In this document: one piece after another, positions 60,824-64,000 of the stretch | Layout of the letters: each line of letters opens with the position of its first letter | How positions within the stretch are numbered: the first letter of the stretch is position 1 | Source: Tubulanus polymorphus | Lineage: Eukaryota; Animalia; Nemertea | Length of the DNA: 64,000 nucleotides | Assembly (NCBI RefSeq): GCF_964204645.1 | Contig: NC_134035.1 | Span: 11,068,451-11,132,450, forward strand | Direction: 5' to 3' | Notes under the pieces: generated by a model | Database searches by the model: none | Seen by the model: only the letters and a program-made list of their open reading frames with translations | Told to the model about the DNA's origin: nothing | Position numbers and translations under genes: made by a program

Positions 60824-63026
60824 TCATTTAATTTCTGGAGCTATATATGTATTTATCACGTCACGAAGTCCTATTATGGCGGGCCCTCTTTCGAATTCTG
60901 GCCGTGGACAAATCTTATCGTGGAGTTTATCGCGAATGTAACACAAGAAAACAAAAAACGCCTGGAAAACAAACGCAAAAGATAGAACAGTTATCATCAT
61001 CAAAGTGGCATCGATCGGTTTCTCTTCCCAGTCAAGAAACGGATAAATTAAAGGTTCCCCTTTAGCATTCAGCCCACCGCAATACTGATACACAAACGTG
61101 AATGCACCATACATCATGTAATAAATCAAAGAAAAAAATACGTGCACACATCGAACGGGTGTGGCAGAAATAATCAAATGAAATGAAATTATAAATGCAT
61201 GTATTCCATGCGTGAATACATCCAATTCGTCCATTTTGCTCGTCGACCCTGAAAATACAAAGTAAAAACGGATCAAACATACCATTAAAATCCACAGCAT
61301 TTCACGTGCACCCTTCTTCTGAATAATCAGATATACATATATGCATATTCTTATTCTATTAATATCTATGCACTTCTGAAATTCTAATAAATTCCTCAAA
61401 TCATTTTCATTTCATAATGAAGATGCGTGATAACGCTTATTAATATATCTATATTTTTTTGGGGGGGGGGGGGCGGTAATCGGAATAAGGTGGAAACGGG
61501 TATTTCAATAACTAGCCTCGATTTCCCGTAAGGATTGTGCTTGTGAGGATTCTTTTAGAGTTTTTCTTTTGAATTCAGCTATTAATCTTTTTATATCACA
61601 GTACGATTCGAACTCGTTCTATTGATATACGTAGAAAGATCATTTTTGGATTGACATACATACCAAGTCCCGAGGCCCAATATAAGAAAGTGCTATTTAA
61701 AGCGGCATTCATAGCGACTTCGTGAACAATCCATGTTACTTTATATGTCCAAGGCAACAGATTTGAGCCTCTTGATTGTAGGATATCTAAAAGCATAGTT
61801 GAACTATTAAAGCAATAGCATTCGTATTTTAACTAGATTTGAAAAAGGTACGTACTAAAAAATGACTTGGTATCATAAACCAGTTGCATAGCCTTAATCT
61901 AAAAATCCTGACTGTGCAACTGGGTTCACAGTCTTAATCTAAGTGATATTAAATGAATGCACAGTTTATATAAATCTTTGTAAATAATAGATCATTGCCA
62001 AATCATCGCTGTAATGTAAACTTACTTAAATCGCTTAACCAGACATCGACTGCTCTCATAATCTGAGATAACGTCAGCACAGCAAACGACCAGTTAGTCA
62101 GGTAGATCAACCATGTTGCCCGAGATCGACCATCGGCTAGCCAGTCACCAGACATGAATATACTGAGGAAAAGACTCAAGGAGAAAAGTCCGGCCACACA
62201 AACTCTCCAAGCAAGCCACAGGCATGTCTGTCTGCTTCTTCTTATCCAGCTACATGCAAACTATAAGTGAAAGAAGCACTGCACTGTCTTATTGCGCATA
62301 TCATCATAAATTCATAAAGACTAGTCTTTAATTGACATGTATTATACCGTACAAGATAATGAAAAAATTAAAGTTTTATAGAGAGGTACTGCTTGTGACC
62401 CAAATATCCGTTGAATTATAGGCCTGTGAAGAAAATATATAAATATTCAATATGCAGTGCAAGCCTTTTGATATCCACAATACGAGAGGAATGTGATTAA
62501 GAAGGAAGCCATGTTCTTTTCATATATTTTCATATAAAAGGAAATTTCCGGTCCCAAATTTCGCTAAATTCATCTAAAATAAAACTCCCCATCGGTTAGC
62601 ATAATCCACGTATCATAGACATAGATGTATTCTAACTAAACGAAACTGTGAACCTATTTCTTCTTTTCCAATACTGCGGTAACCTATGCAAATGGCGCCT
62701 AGTAACTGGAAACTTCCCTATTGCGCAATATAATAGAAATCAAAGAAAAAAAAAACAAAAAACTAAATTAATGGACTATACATAAGAAATGAGTAACTGA
62801 ATGTTTATGTATATGAACTAAAGAGGAGAGTATGGGGGCAGAAGGGCGCTTTCAATCAGAAATTTGAGTTTCAAACGATTCACTGTGTTCACAATGTAAA
62901 ATGGCTGGAATATCGTTTGATATCGCGTGGAAATTCATTTGTATGGAAAAATTTTACCTTCGCTGTAACAAAATCGTTTTTATCTCCATCGTGATAGAGT
63001 AATCTAAGTTTACAGGGAGTTGCCAT
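60824..63026 (-). CDS. rost: Protein rolling stone-like multi-pass membrane protein (related to the FAR-17a/AIG1 group)
   Basis: Exons 63026-62958, 62260-62026, 61786-61664, 61248-60824 in phase. Motifs WLIYLTNW, YKVTWIVHEVA..AL..TFLYW, HGIH, PVRCVH, IYPFLDW, with about six hydrophobic segments. Confidence 0.82.
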
Positions 63027-63094
63027 TATCTTTTTTTTCCTCCTTTTCTCCAAGTGCTTGTACAACAAAACAGATCGGAAATCCCCGGAGGATG

Positions 63095-63102
63095 TGACGT
63101 CA
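63095..63102. promoter_or_regulatory. Perfect CRE (TGACGTCA) upstream of the rost-like start codon
   Basis: The palindrome lies ~70 bp upstream of the ATG at 63026, in a short GC-rich patch. Confidence 0.45.
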
Positions 63103-64000
63103 TCGACGTCGGGTTCCGGGCATAAATTTATATTTATTTTATTTTCGTCGACCCAGCATATTTAAACATTTCACTTTCAGAATTAGAATTTCTATTCAAA
63201 ACAATACAAATAGGACCAAATTATGCCATAACGTGGCCAATCAACAACGACAGAATATTCAGGCCTTTGATTTCTCAAATGACCTGATCCTATCCTATAT
63301 GTTTGTTTGAATACCTCACTCTTCACCATCACATTCTTATATTTCCTCTTAAAATCAAATTCAAAATAGTGAAGTAAAAAAAAAGTATTCATTTGGCGGT
63401 ATATATAAACTCATGTAAATAAAATCATAATCGTCATGAAGACTTTGATAGTTTTTGGTATCATTTGTATTCTATTTCAGATTTTCTGATATGAAGAACG
63501 TCAATCCTTGCTACATGTAAATATCTCACCAACCAAGGATCAGCAGAAAATTCTACAACAGTTAACAACACACAGAAGCAGCAATTATTTCATAAGATAT
63601 CGAAAATGGGCAGTGGCGAGTTGCAAGAACTCCGATAGGTTTAGTTGAAAGTAGAAATAGAAAACCATGCCACTGGTTGAATTAGGAGAATATTTTTGAG
63701 AAAATTTAGACTAAGATCATTCATTGTAATTCTTTACTGGTAGAATAATATTTAGAAATAGTTACAGGTTAATTGTTCATTGTGTGATTTAAAGAAAAAG
63801 AATATGATTGTTAGGAAATATTGAAATTGGCAAAAATATCTCAAGAAGAGTTAGTAAACCAGATTCATATGGTTAGAAATATGAAAGCATTCCCACTGTA
63901 TTTTGGGGGCCTGGCATCCGAGTGGTATTGGAATGATTATTGCGGAGAAGCAGAATATGGGAATGAAGACGGTGAAGTTGTTTTAATCAGAAATGGACAA

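Noticed and set aside
63820-64000. Open frame running off the window end (MKAFPLYFGGLASEWYW...)
   Set aside because: It is truncated, has stops just upstream, and matches no family I recognise; downstream sequence is needed.

Overview
This is intron-rich, AT-rich animal genomic DNA, probably from a marine invertebrate (spiralian-like; the taxon is an inference). It is not prokaryotic, so most ORFs in the supplied track are spurious or are single exons. Seven spliced protein-coding genes can be assembled by hand through GT-AG junctions that stay in phase. (1) + strand, 5'-truncated: a coiled-coil/BAR protein that aligns motif-for-motif with fungal eisosome Pil1/Lsp1. (2) - strand: an RBM46/RBM47/A1CF-family 3xRRM + dsRBD-like protein with a probable ~8 kb 3'UTR and several alternative-splicing signatures. 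(3) - strand: DNMBP/Tuba (SH3x5-DH-BAR-SH3x2). (4) - strand: a small secreted Cys-rich orphan. (5) + strand: a quiver/sleepless-like Ly6 GPI protein. (6) + strand, directly downstream of (5): a Shaw/Kv3 potassium channel. (7) - strand: a rolling-stone-like membrane protein. Introns and UTRs hold many short palindromic MITEs, tRNA-derived SINE heads, minisatellites, and foldback elements carrying hammerhead-ribozyme-like cores. The best candidates for something new are the intron-rich animal Pil1/Lsp1-like gene (a possible metazoan eisosome-like scaffold), the Ly6/quiver + Kv3 gene pair, and the hammerhead-bearing foldback elements. All homology calls come from recalled family motifs, not from database searches.
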